This document shows positions 32,236-41,920 of a stretch of DNA of 64,000 nt, in pieces. The stretch's first letter is position 1; every line of letters starts with the position of its first letter. The stretch lies in NCBI GenBank assembly GCA_963668025.2, contig CAXXTH010000010.1:352001-416000 (forward strand), in the 5' to 3' direction. A program made the translations under genes and the position numbers. Under the pieces are notes generated by a model. The model searched no databases and was not told the origin of the DNA. It was given only the letters and a program-made list of their open reading frames with translations. Origin of the DNA: Candidatus Hydrogenedentota bacterium (GTDB lineage Bacteria > Hydrogenedentota > Hydrogenedentia > Hydrogenedentales > SLHB01).

Positions 32236-33797
32236 CAGAAAAAATCATGCACAACAGGATAAATCGACTCTTGAGCACTATTAGATGCGTAAGCCCTGCT
32301 ATGGGCGCTGGTAATGTGTCATTACGTTCTAGAATGTTATATAGTACGAGCAGACACTGCTTCCCGCTGGATACTAGGCCATTGCGCAGTTGCTCTGGCA
32401 CCGACAAGACTCCGCAGCCATGAGAGACTGAAGAGGGAAGAAGGTAATTCGCACTGACGTAGAATCCCTCGACTGGGCATACGCCTCCTTTGACCAGGTT
32501 GCCAGAAATCCATCCCTGTCCGGCCTCCGGCACAGGATACACTTCTGGACACGAAGTGTTTTCAGAGAGTGAAGCCAGCGCCATTGCAAGCCCCGGTTCA
32601 CGAAGGGAATCGCATTCCAGCAGCTTGCATACCCGAGATTCCAACGCGGTAATCTGCTGCAAGGAGGAACTCAGCGGAACCACAAACGTGTTCTGTTCCG
32701 ACAAATGGTATGTATGAGATTGACTGGCTTGGGTAGCAGACGGGAAAAATATGTCTATGGATTGATTGTCTTGTGTAGGAGACGAAGAGAATTTGTCTGG
32801 GAGTTTCCCGAAATAATCGCGGGGGTTGCTGTCGGGCAATCCAGAAGTCAGAACCCTGCCGGCAACCTGCACCGATATATCTTGTGCAATAACCTCAAAG
32901 ACAGCGGGATTCTCCGCCCTTCTGTATACCCGATATTCGTCGCCGAGCGGTCTCCCCCATGCATCCGCCGGAACGCGTTCCAGATCCTGGATCTCTTCAA
33001 GTTCCCACATGCCCGTAGCGCCGAGGAGGAGATTCACATAACGGCTCCATTGACGCCCCATATAATCGTTGGTCCATGAGGCTACAGCGGTAATGAGCTG
33101 GTGGGCGTCGTCTGAAGAAGGAGGCATATCCGCGCGAAGCTCCACCTGGACCGGTTTGTTTTCTGGAACGATAATGGCCTCCTCTTTCTCACCGGCGAAC
33201 AGGGTGATTTCAGAATTGATGCTCAGCTTGGTCTCCGGATCGACGAAATTGAGGTAATACTGGCCTGGCCGGATGGGCCCGAAAACAGCCTTTCCTGATG
33301 CATCCAGCGGTGTATTTATCTCTCGGGGCATCTCTTCTCCGTCGAATGCGTGGCCCGACAGGCTGATCTCCTGGCCGGTCACGGCAGGGCCATCCGCGGA
33401 GCCGCGCCGCACTTCCACCTTCAAGGTGGCTAACGTGGCCTCTTGCGGTTTTTGTTGGGCAAGGAGTGCTTGGAGCGTCTGATTGGTCGCCTGTATCAGC
33501 CGGTATCCGAACACGGCGCATATGGCGACCACCGCCACGCCGACTACGACCACTCCCGTATGGATCCATTCGCGCATGATCTGCTCCCTCATCGCGTCCC
33601 ACCATAACTGCCGGGCCACGCGGTTTGGGTCGCCGAATCGCTCGACGACCCGTTTCCATACCGTTTTTTCATCCTCGATGCCCGTCCGCCGTTCCCGTTC
33701 CGCCGCCAAGGCGAGATGGTCGGCCAGTTCGTCGAGGATATCGTTGCGCAGGGTTGCGGGTTCGCGGGTTCGCCGTGGCAGCACTTCCTCCGCGTCT

Positions 33798-34136
33798 TCA
33801 CGCCATGACATGGGCTTGGACCCCGAGCACGCCGTTGATGGCCCCCACGAACTCCTGCCACTCCTCCCGCTTCTCCGCCAGCGCCTCACCGCCTTTGGCG
33901 GTGAGCCGGTAGTATTTCCTTCGCCGTCCCGACTCGAGTTCGACCCAATATGAATCGAGGAGCTTCGCCCGCTCCAACCGATGCAGGGCGGGATACAAGC
34001 TGCCCTCTTTCAGTTCAAAAATTCCCCGAGAACGTTCCAGCGTTTGCTGGGTGATCTCGTATCCATACGTCGGCCCCGTGCTGATCACTTGCAAGATCAA
34101 CATTTCAACGGTGCCGCTGAGCAACTTAGAGTCCAT
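33798..34136 (-). CDS. PadR family transcriptional regulator
   Basis: LLSGTVEMLIL, YGYEI, KEGSLYPALHRLE, RRKYYRLT. Confidence 0.95.
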   Translation of the reverse strand: MDSKLLSGTVEMLILQVISTGPTYGYEITQQTLERSRGIFELKEGSLYPALHRLERAKLLDSYWVELESGRRRKYYRLTAKGGEALAEKREEWQEFVGAINGVLGVQAHVMA

Positions 34137-34191
34137 CTTCCTTCTCCCGAGTGCGTGCCTAGGTGTTCTTTGGCATAGGTTATTTATGTAT

Positions 34192-34220
34192 AATGTAGCA
34201 CCACATCGAATTTTTGTCAA
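34192..34220 (-). promoter_or_regulatory. Putative sigma70 promoter of the padR operon
   Basis: TTGACA-17 nt-TACATT on the minus strand. Confidence 0.6.
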
Positions 34221-34333
34221 GGGGTTCTTTTACATGGGGCCTGCGTCAAAAAAGTGGGTTTTCGTTTCCCCCCCTTTTTTTGGCCCGATGTATGTAGTAA
34301 GATTACTACAATAAATAGAGAGGAGAACCAATC

Positions 34334-34714
34334 ATGGCCAATAAACGCACGCTGGAAGAAAAACGCTTGGACTTGCTCGAACAATTGGGCGAAATACGAA
34401 CCTTGAGAAAAGGATCCCTCAATGAACAATGGTTTCCCTCTATCAAGGACGGGAAAAAAACGCGAGAGTTACGCGGACCCTATTACTTATGGACAAGCAA
34501 GAAAAACAATAAGACCGTGAGCGAACGCATTTGCGGCGAGCAAGAATTGAACCGCGCGCGTCAGGATGAGGAAAACTATAAACGTTTCCGGGATGTATGC
34601 AGACAATTCGAGTCGGTGGCCCAAGAACTGGGCGAACTGGAACGGATGCAGAGCGCCGAACAAGACGCCCTCAAAAAAAAACGCAAGCCGCCATCGAAAA
34701 AGACGCCGAAGTAA
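34334..34714 (+). CDS. IS OrfA, DUF6788-like
   Basis: GAGGAG RBS; RGPYY motif; A9 run at 34673-34681 near its 3' end. Confidence 0.8.
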   Translation: MANKRTLEEKRLDLLEQLGEIRTLRKGSLNEQWFPSIKDGKKTRELRGPYYLWTSKKNNKTVSERICGEQELNRARQDEENYKRFRDVCRQFESVAQELGELERMQSAEQDALKKKRKPPSKKTPK

Positions 34715-36018
34715 CGCGGATTTTCAACGCGGCAAAACGCGCGGCGGGAACGGATCTCGAAGCATTGGAACAAGCCCTGCGCGGCGCGGCCCTCATGGGA
34801 GGGGCCAAGGCGCTCGATGCCTTTTTAAGAAAGGTGGGCGTGGGCCGGCGCGGGGAAAAAGCGCGTTGCTCATGCATGGCGGTAATGAAAAGCCGTGGCC
34901 TGAAGACAAAAACCATCGTCACTCTTTTGGGCAAGATCCGCTTTACGCGCACCGCCTACCGGTGCCCCCGGTGCGGCAAATGGCGGTATCCCGGCGACGA
35001 GGAGCTCGATGTCGCCAACACGCGCTATTCGCCGGGCGTGCGGCGTCTCGTGGCGGATTTCGCCAGCGACGCCCCATTCAAAAGGGTGTCGCAACAACTG
35101 AAAGCAGCCGCCGGACTCGTGATCAGCCGCAAGGACTGTGAGCGTATCGCGGAACAGACCGGCCAGCAAGCCGCCCACTGGTTCGCGCAAGAACGGGACC
35201 GTATCCGATTCCAGGAACCGCCGCCTCCCGATGCCGCCAAAACTATCGAGACCCTTTACATCGAGTTCGACGGCAGCGGCGTTCCCATGGTGCCCGAGGC
35301 GCTCGAAGGCCGCAAGGGAAAATATCAAAACGGCAAGCCCAAAACCCGCGAGGTGAAAATCGGATGCGTTTTTTCTCAAACCGCCTTCAACGAAAAAGGC
35401 CGCCCCATCCGGGATAGGGGCTCCGCCAGTTTCGTGGGCGCCATCGAGACGTCCGAACAGTTTCAATGGCGCATCTACGCCGAGGCCGTCCGCCGCGGAT
35501 TGTTCAGGGCCAAACGCGTCGTATGCCTCACCGATGGGGCCGAATGGATACGAAACATCGTACAAACCCATTTTCACGCCGCCATCCACGTAGTCGACTT
35601 GTATCACGCGCGCGAGCATCTCGGGAACCTGTGCAAATTGTTGTTTGGACGCGACGAAAAACGTTTGGCCTTGTACAAGGGCAAATGGTGGGACGATCTG
35701 GATGAGGGAAAGATCGAAACCATCGTGGAAGAAGCCGCCGTGCTGTTGCCAAACAATGGGCCGGATGCCAAAGAAGCCGTTACCGCCATCGGCTATTTTG
35801 AGACGAACAAAGAACGCATGCGCTACAACGATTTTTTTGCCAAGGGACTATTCGTTGGCTCGGGAGTCATTGAAGCGGCGTGCAGGACGGTCGTTGGCCA
35901 GCGTATGAAGCACTCCGGTATGGAATGGACCGTCCGTGGCGCAAATGCCATTACGGCGTTGCGATGCCTTATTCAATCCAATCGCTTCGAGGAGTATTGG
36001 GAACAAAGAACCGGATGA
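34597..36018 (+). CDS. ISKra4-like DDE transposase (OrfB, -1 frame relative to OrfA)
   Basis: YIEFDGSGVP, DGAEWI, DLYHAREHL, GSGVIEAACR, GMEW. Confidence 0.9.
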   Translation: MQTIRVGGPRTGRTGTDAERRTRRPQKKTQAAIEKDAEVTRIFNAAKRAAGTDLEALEQALRGAALMGGAKALDAFLRKVGVGRRGEKARCSCMAVMKSRGLKTKTIVTLLGKIRFTRTAYRCPRCGKWRYPGDEELDVANTRYSPGVRRLVADFASDAPFKRVSQQLKAAAGLVISRKDCERIAEQTGQQAAHWFAQERDRIRFQEPPPPDAAKTIETLYIEFDGSGVPMVPEALEGRKGKYQNGKPKTREVKIGCVFSQTAFNEKGRPIRDRGSASFVGAIETSEQFQWRIYAEAVRRGLFRAKRVVCLTDGAEWIRNIVQTHFHAAIHVVDLYHAREHLGNLCKLLFGRDEKRLALYKGKWWDDLDEGKIETIVEEAAVLLPNNGPDAKEAVTAIGYFETNKERMRYNDFFAKGLFVGSGVIEAACRTVVGQRMKHSGMEWTVRGANAITALRCLIQSNRFEEYWEQRTG

Positions 36019-36309
36019 AAACCCACTTTTTTGACGCAGGCCCCCTTGTGGGCACAAGGCAATCGCATAAAGAATAGCCACAAGAGTCACAAGAGACACA
36101 AAATGATCCTTGAGCGCATTTTGTGTCTCTTGGGCATCTTGCGGCCAGTTCTTGCTGTTTTTATACGATTGCCTTGCATGAGAACATCCTTGAGGCGTCA
36201 TGCCGCACCAAAGAGACTCCCTCAACAATGTCGCCACGGCCTGTGCGGAAGCGGGTTTCATGAACGAAGCCGCAAAATAGGCAACACTTTTTCGGAATGA
36301 AGCAAGAGC

Positions 36310-36459
36310 TTTTTTAGACATGATTTACATGATTAACGAGATTGGAGATGCACGCAATAGTCATAGCTCCTTGATGAAGCGCCCGAACACGTTTTCGATG
36401 GCAGCCAAATCACTGTCCAAATAATCTTGTTTCATGGATGTAAATCATGTCTAAAAAAA
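36310..36459. repeat. MITE-like element with 20-bp terminal inverted repeats
   Basis: TTTTTTAGACATGATTTACA...TGTAAATCATGTCTAAAAAA; diverged copy at 57489-57637. Confidence 0.75.
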
Positions 36460-36617
36460 GGTGCAGTGCTGTCATTACTGCTCCATTCGCCTTAGCTAGG
36501 CATAACCGCAACCCAAGTGGAATCGTTCTTGGGCGCGCGAATGAGCGTAAAACGCATAGCAGATTGGCCCACCACTTAATAACATCTGTTGTATAAAACA
36601 AACTAGTTTACATAGCT

Positions 36618-36762
36618 GTCATTTTCGCGAAATCGGGAATCCAGTGTAAATTCTCTGGATCCCCGTTTTCTCGAGGATGACGGATAGGCGGTTTTGCGTT
36701 ATTATTTTCAATGCGTACGCATGATATATACTTCCAGGAACGGTAATATCAGAACTGCACCC
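36618..36762. repeat. REP doublet plus ~100-bp repeat, copy 1
   Basis: 36662-36762 is similar to 37707-37810. Confidence 0.7.
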
Positions 36763-36891
36763 GAAGAAAAGGAATGGGAGGGCGAGTAAAGTGAAACAGA
36801 AAAGCAAAAGCCAGCTTGGGTAGTTGTTTTGTGCGAATTTCCAAAAAACTAATTCATGGATCTTGATTACGTATATTTTCTAATATATATA

Positions 36892-37389
36892 CTATTTCCA
36901 TAGCCATGAATTTTCACCTTCGCCTTCTTCACACACATCCCCCAGTCTTGGTTCATATATCCCTGCAGACTGTCCTTTTCCCATATCTACATAGAATAGT
37001 AAAATATTTTGATTATCTAGTACTACCTTACCGCCATAAATACTCCCAACATCGAAAATCGAACGAATTTCTTTTACTTTACCTTTGTGAGTTTCAAGGA
37101 GTTCGATAATGCGCATTTTCTCCTCTTGGGGGATCCCAGACACAAACCGGATAGAATCAACATCTCGATTCTTATCAAGACAACTTTCTACAAAATCTTT
37201 ATAGGCTGCATTACTTCCCCAAGGAATACGAAAAAAAACATAAACTACAGAAAAAACCACAGAAATAACCACAACACAAGTGATACAAATGCTTATATAT
37301 TTATATATGGTAAAATATTTTAACATAACAAAACTCTTTTCTGCCCTTTTGTTGAAATGCACGACACAGCATGTTCGCTTTTTCATCAT
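36892..37389 (-). CDS. Hypothetical AT-rich protein with N-terminal TM
   Basis: 165-aa ORF in AT-rich segment, one hydrophobic helix. Confidence 0.55.
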   Translation of the reverse strand: MMKKRTCCVVHFNKRAEKSFVMLKYFTIYKYISICITCVVVISVVFSVVYVFFRIPWGSNAAYKDFVESCLDKNRDVDSIRFVSGIPQEEKMRIIELLETHKGKVKEIRSIFDVGSIYGGKVVLDNQNILLFYVDMGKGQSAGIYEPRLGDVCEEGEGENSWLWK

Positions 37390-37706
37390 TACTTGTATGT
37401 TATTTTACTAGAGCAACTTATAAACCGTAATCATTATGGGTTGCCTGTACCCACAAATTCTCGCGCAGATCGATATATTTCTTTCTTTATTAGTCAATAC
37501 GCCAATTTATTGAGTCGTTAGTTGACTCTGAGGTCACAGAACTATCCACCAATCTGCTAGAGCTGTATCGGACGAGAACTACACCGATCTATCAATTCGT
37601 CAATCCACTGTTCAAAGTATTTTTCACAACACTGCTCACAGTTCCCCCCTTCTTTCCCGCACTTCTACTATATTTGTTTGATGCCATATCCTACCATTCG
37701 TAATGA

Positions 37707-37810
37707 CCCGCTTTCGCGAGGATGACATTTAGGCGGTTTCTCGTTATTTGTTCAGAACCTGCGTACGCATTATACATTCTACCAGGAGCGGTAATAGCAG
37801 AACTACACCC
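37707..37810. repeat. ~100-bp repeat, copy 2
   Basis: CCG.TTT..CGAGGATGAC...TAGGCGGTTT...GCGTACGCAT...CCAGGA.CGGTAATA.CAGAACT.CACCC shared with 36662-36762. Confidence 0.7.
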
Positions 37811-38087
37811 TAGATTTAATAGCTCTTACTATAGGTATTCTTCCCCCTCTAGCAGAAAAATATATACCGATTGGCAGATAAACAACATTAATACGTAAAT
37901 ATAACATTATGTATAGTTCAAGTAGTTCAAAAGGACCTTGTGAAAAATATTCTATTGTATCTACTCTCATCATAAAAGAGCTGAGAGGATTAGGAACAAA
38001 AATGAAAAATGTTATTACTATAGCTAAGGCAAAAGAGTTAAGTAGTAAATAGAAGAAGAACAAAAAACGCCTATTCTTATTTCGCAT
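37803..38087 (-). CDS. Small hydrophobic hypothetical membrane protein
   Basis: 94-aa ORF with two hydrophobic stretches; starts 6 nt from the IS66 end. Confidence 0.45.
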   Translation of the reverse strand: MRNKNRRFLFFFYLLLNSFALAIVITFFIFVPNPLSSFMMRVDTIEYFSQGPFELLELYIMLYLRINVVYLPIGIYFSARGGRIPIVRAIKSRV

Positions 38088-38093
38088 AAATTT

Positions 38094-39621
38094 GTAACAC
38101 TTTAGCCGACTGAAGTGTTTTCCGGTGGCAGGGGAGGCAATTGGCCGGTGTTGAGGTAGTGGACCAGGGCGTTGCAGACGGTGCAGACGGGGTTTTGCCC
38201 GCGTTTTTTCAAAGTAAAGAAGACGCTCATGAGCACCGCTTGTATGGCGGCTCCTTGGTCGCTGCGGTTGCAGTAACTGTTTTTGCGCAGGATAACGGCA
38301 GGACGGATGGAGCGTTCCGCCAAGTTGTTGTCGAAGGGAACATCTGATTGGCCGAGAAAAGTGAAGAGTTCATCCTGGTGTCGGCGCAGCCTTTTTATGA
38401 GGCGCTTGGCGTTGGCGTCCTCCCAGGGCGTATCGCACAAGTCCCGCAAGCGCCGGGCGAAGCGCGCGCGGCGCGAGTCGTACGCCTCCGGTTCGAGCTC
38501 GCCGCGCCGCCGCCACAGCCGGATGGCGTCGGCAATCAGGCGGCGCAGCTTTTTGGCGAAGGCGGGCCAGGCCGGGCTGGGCGATTTGTATTTCTCCACG
38601 TGCTCGAGTTCGCGCAACAAATGCACGAGGCACTTCTGCCGGGCGGCGCACGCCACGGCGTTGTACGCGGCCCAGAAGTCGGCCACCAGCGTTCCGGCGA
38701 ATTCCCGCGTGAAGAACTGCTGGAGCGCCGGACTCCCCCGCGAATGGTCGATCAGGAAAAAGCTCAGCCCTTTGGTGGCGAAACACCACAGCCATCGGGT
38801 CTTGCCATTCACGCGCCAGCCGGTCTCGTCGGCGTTGAGCACCGCCGAGTCCAGCGCTTCCTGGTGAATGGCCTCGTACCAAGGCAGGAGAATCTCCGCC
38901 AGCCTGCGCCACATGTGCAGCAGCCCGCCCGGCGTGACCTGGAAAAGCAGGTGGAAATCGAAGACCTCCACGATTTGCGAAAGCGTGTTGCCCAACACAT
39001 AGTGCAGCCACGCGCTGAGGACCAGCACCCGGTTGCCCAGGGTCGCGCCCGGCAAGGCCGCCGCCACAACCGGCTCGACTTTCTTCTTGCATCGCGGACA
39101 CCAGTCGCGGTGAATGGTATGCTCGGTGATTTCCGGACGGATGCCTTCGGGTATGTCTTCGGTGTAGCGCGTGCGGGTCTCCGCGCGGCGGTCCAGCGGC
39201 CCGCCGCAGTCGGGACACACCTTGGTGCGGTGTGTTTCACGCCGGTCGATACGTTCGGGCGGCACGCGCCGGCTGCCGGGGTGGCCCATCTTGCGTCCCG
39301 GCTTTTTCTTGCCGCGCACAGGCGTCTGGGGTTTCCCGTAAACTGGCTGCATGCCCGAAGGGGTGGAGGGCGTTTGGTGGGAAGTGAACGCCGCCTCGGC
39401 CTGCTGCTCCGACAGCAGCTTGGATTGCGCCAACAGGGCAAACACCACGGCATCTTCGCCCAATGCGTAGATCGCTCGGGCTTGCTCCTCCGAGAGCAGC
39501 GGTCCCAATGGAATGCCACTTATTGCCGTCGCCATGGCGTCTTGGCCCAAAACCACAACATCTTGTAACTATATTATACCGAAACGCTACTTATGGTTGC
39601 GCCAGACGGCTAAAGTGTTAC
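38094..39621 (-). mobile_element. IS66-family element, copy 2 (no TSD)
   Basis: Same IRs and 1528-bp length as copy 1; flanks ATAAATTT / GGATTTTC differ. Confidence 0.93.
38102..39556 (-). CDS. IS66-family transposase
   Basis: Protein identical to 30465-31919. Confidence 0.95.
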   Translation of the reverse strand: MVLGQDAMATAISGIPLGPLLSEEQARAIYALGEDAVVFALLAQSKLLSEQQAEAAFTSHQTPSTPSGMQPVYGKPQTPVRGKKKPGRKMGHPGSRRVPPERIDRRETHRTKVCPDCGGPLDRRAETRTRYTEDIPEGIRPEITEHTIHRDWCPRCKKKVEPVVAAALPGATLGNRVLVLSAWLHYVLGNTLSQIVEVFDFHLLFQVTPGGLLHMWRRLAEILLPWYEAIHQEALDSAVLNADETGWRVNGKTRWLWCFATKGLSFFLIDHSRGSPALQQFFTREFAGTLVADFWAAYNAVACAARQKCLVHLLRELEHVEKYKSPSPAWPAFAKKLRRLIADAIRLWRRRGELEPEAYDSRRARFARRLRDLCDTPWEDANAKRLIKRLRRHQDELFTFLGQSDVPFDNNLAERSIRPAVILRKNSYCNRSDQGAAIQAVLMSVFFTLKKRGQNPVCTVCNALVHYLNTGQLPPLPPENTSVG

Positions 39622-39648
39622 GGATTTTCTTTATTTCGCAAATGCCTC
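39622..39648 (-). mobile_element. 27-bp orphan left end of the IS1182/IS4-like element
   Basis: Reverse complement of GAGGCATTTGCGAAATAAAGAAAATCC (44892-44918). Confidence 0.85.
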
Positions 39649-40232
39649 CTGGTGTCAGGGCTTACGCATCTAAATTCCCAGTAAACGTAGAAGGTATTCG
39701 GGGTCGAGTGCAGCAGCGAAGCGCTTGCCCCTGAGGAAATCTTTGTTGGTCTTGTCTTTCTTGAGGAGGTTGAGTGTAATTCTCCTCAAGGAGGCGAGAT
39801 TCTGGGCGGCGTTTCTTGTTCGGGCGCGGTTGTCGTCTTCGCGAAAGATAATGTCTAGGCACCAGTGCAAATTGTTTTCCACGCCCCAGTGTCCACGCAC
39901 GGCGTGGGCGAATCGTCGTGCGTCGAGGGGCAGGCTGCTCAAGTAGTAGCGCCGCTCGATGGTGTTCTTCCCTTTTTCCTTGCGGATGGACTCGACCATG
40001 CCGAAACTCTTGAGGCCCTTCCAAAGTCCTTTGTCCTCGAACCAGCCCAAGTCGGTGGATTGCCAGTATCGGCGGGTTTCGATGCGGCCATGCCCCTTGT
40101 CGATGGTCTGGTGGAAATCCATCCGTGTGGCGTCGGCTGTTGGCGCGCACTGGGTGGCGCAAGGGGGAACGGCGTCCTTGAAAAAGGCCTTCACTTCTTC
40201 TAGGGCGGTGGGTGTGCGTCCCAATTGTGCTT

Positions 40233-41546
40233 TCATGCGGCATCTTTCCTAGCTCTGTCGGCCCAGAAGTCTTCGAAGTCTCTGTTCAAGAAGGCGCATC
40301 GTAGCGTAATGATCTTGTTTGCACCGTTGACCGTCCATCTCATTCCGGACTGCTTGAGCCGTTTTCCTACAACATTTTTGCAGCCGGCCTCTATGACGCC
40401 GGAGCCGACGAACAGTTTTTGTTCCCGGAATTCGGCATAGCGCATCATGTGGGCGCGGCTGCCCAGATACAGAAAATGTTCCCAGGCCGCCTTGCCGTCA
40501 TCGTCGTGGCTGGGCATGTGTGGCCGCAGTAGCTCCAGGGCCTGCGCGGCCTCTCCCTGCCGCACGAGTTCGCTGAGGCTTTGGCGCATCCGCATCCCCA
40601 GCTCAGTGGTCTTCCCAAAGAGCAGCGCGCACAACAGCGCCAGGTGTTCCAGTGCGTGATACAGGTCGAGGATGTGAACGGCCCCGGGGAAGTAGTCGGC
40701 GGCGATGTTCGCTATCCATTGCGCGCCGTCGGAAAGGACCACCACCTTTTGCGCGCGTTCCAGTCCACGGCGCTGGGCTTCGGCGAAGATGCGGCCTGCA
40801 AAGGCTTCGGCGTTTTCCACGGCGCCGGAAAAGGTGGTGCTGCCGGGGTCGCGCACCGGCTCCCCCTTCTCGTCCGTGCTGGTTTGTGTGAAGACGCATC
40901 CGATTTTGGCCTCACGGGTTTTGGCGGATCCGTCTTGCGCCTTTCCCTTGCGCCCGTCCGTTTCGGACTTGACGACGGGAACCCCCGTGCCGTCCATTTC
41001 GATGTACAGGACGGGAATCTCATCGCCGGTGCTGGGCTGCGCGGGGTTTGACGGATGCCCGCGCCGCTGCTTTTCCCACGCGGCCACGTCCGCTCCCGTC
41101 TGCTCGCTGGACCGCTCGCAGTCCTTGGCGCTCACGCTGATGCCCGCCAGTTCTTTTAGATCCCCGGCGGCGTCCGCGAAGCTTTCCCGCGCGCCAAGGC
41201 GCGCCGTCATTCGCCTGACGCCGGGCGAACGCGAAGTGCCCGCGACATCCAGCAGTTCGTCCGCTGGATAGGCGGTGGCCCCGCATGGGCAGCGGTACAT
41301 CGCGCGCTCCTGCGTGACGTTCCCCAGAATGGTCGTGATGCGCCTGGCCCGCATGCCCGCGCGGCGCATGGGATGGCCGCACAGCGGGCACGCATGCTCC
41401 TGGCCCTGGACAATGGCGTTTGCCTTGTCGAACAGGACGGCCAGCGTCTTTCCCGCGCCTTCCAGGGCGGCGGTGCGGATGAGTTTCTCCGTTGCTTCAA
41501 AGTCCACGCCGCGGTCCCGGCGGACTAGCGCCAGCGCCCGCGACAT
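40233..41546 (-). CDS. ISKra4-like DDE transposase (OrfB)
   Basis: YIEMDGTGVP, SDGAQWI, DLYHALEHL, GSGVIEAGCK, SGMRW. Confidence 0.9.
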   Translation of the reverse strand: MSRALALVRRDRGVDFEATEKLIRTAALEGAGKTLAVLFDKANAIVQGQEHACPLCGHPMRRAGMRARRITTILGNVTQERAMYRCPCGATAYPADELLDVAGTSRSPGVRRMTARLGARESFADAAGDLKELAGISVSAKDCERSSEQTGADVAAWEKQRRGHPSNPAQPSTGDEIPVLYIEMDGTGVPVVKSETDGRKGKAQDGSAKTREAKIGCVFTQTSTDEKGEPVRDPGSTTFSGAVENAEAFAGRIFAEAQRRGLERAQKVVVLSDGAQWIANIAADYFPGAVHILDLYHALEHLALLCALLFGKTTELGMRMRQSLSELVRQGEAAQALELLRPHMPSHDDDGKAAWEHFLYLGSRAHMMRYAEFREQKLFVGSGVIEAGCKNVVGKRLKQSGMRWTVNGANKIITLRCAFLNRDFEDFWADRARKDAA

Positions 41547-41569
41547 TTCCGCGGACCTTTCCAGTTCGA

Positions 41570-41920
41570 CTAGAGCCCTTTTTTTTGCCGCTCGTGGGCG
41601 GCCTCCTTGTCGCGCTCAAGCTCTCCGAGCTGTTGTGTCAGCTCGCAAAAGCGTTCGGCGAGTTCGTGAATACGCTTGCTGTTGTCCGTCTGTTCACGGG
41701 CGCGCCGCACGTCCTCGGGACTTCGCAGCCGCTGCCGCCGGGGCTTTCCCTGCTCGTACCACTGCAGGGAGTAATAAGGTCCCCGTTCCACGGCCTCCGG
41801 CATGTCCTTGCGTGTGCCCTTGACCATTTGCTCCGACACGCCGCCCGGGTGGGCGCTTCGAATGGCGCGCATCTGCCCCAAAATACATTCCCGTTGCGCT
41901 TCAATCGTCTCAATGTTCAT
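41570..41920 (-). CDS. IS OrfA, DUF6788-like
   Basis: GGAGG RBS; RGPYY motif; A8 run at 41579-41586. Confidence 0.8.
   Translation of the reverse strand: MNIETIEAQRECILGQMRAIRSAHPGGVSEQMVKGTRKDMPEAVERGPYYSLQWYEQGKPRRQRLRSPEDVRRAREQTDNSKRIHELAERFCELTQQLGELERDKEAAHERQKKGL

Larger units (their letters stand above)
29157..32298 (-). mobile_element. ISAs1-family IS, copy 1 (1606 bp core) with nested IS66
   Basis: 18-bp IR CAGGGCTTACGCATCTAA; 10-bp TSD CTATGGGCGC at 29147-29156 and 32299-32308. Confidence 0.95.
28782..33811 (-). pseudogene. PadR-linked membrane-anchored protein (permease-prefix/HAAS N-terminus, TM, large extracellular domain) split by an ISAs1 insertion
   Basis: N-part 32309-33811 (ILDELADHL..VERFGDPNRVARQL) and C-part 28782-29156 rejoin in frame (NDTLPAPI|VLPLNTPW) across the 10-bp TSD. 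Confidence 0.85.
34237..36043 (+). mobile_element. ISKra4/ISLre2-like IS type A, copy 1 (no TSD)
   Basis: 27-bp perfect IR GGGCCTGCGTCAAAAAAGTGGGTTTTC; near-identical to 43077-44884. Confidence 0.9.

Noticed and set aside
32171-33889. 572-aa ORF as an intact gene
   Set aside because: The N-terminal extension overlaps padR and the last ~42 residues are read-through into the ISAs1 end; the true C-terminus is at 28782-29156
36618-38093. Integron cassette array
   Set aside because: Repeats lack RYYYAAC...GTTRRRY attC ends and no integrase is present
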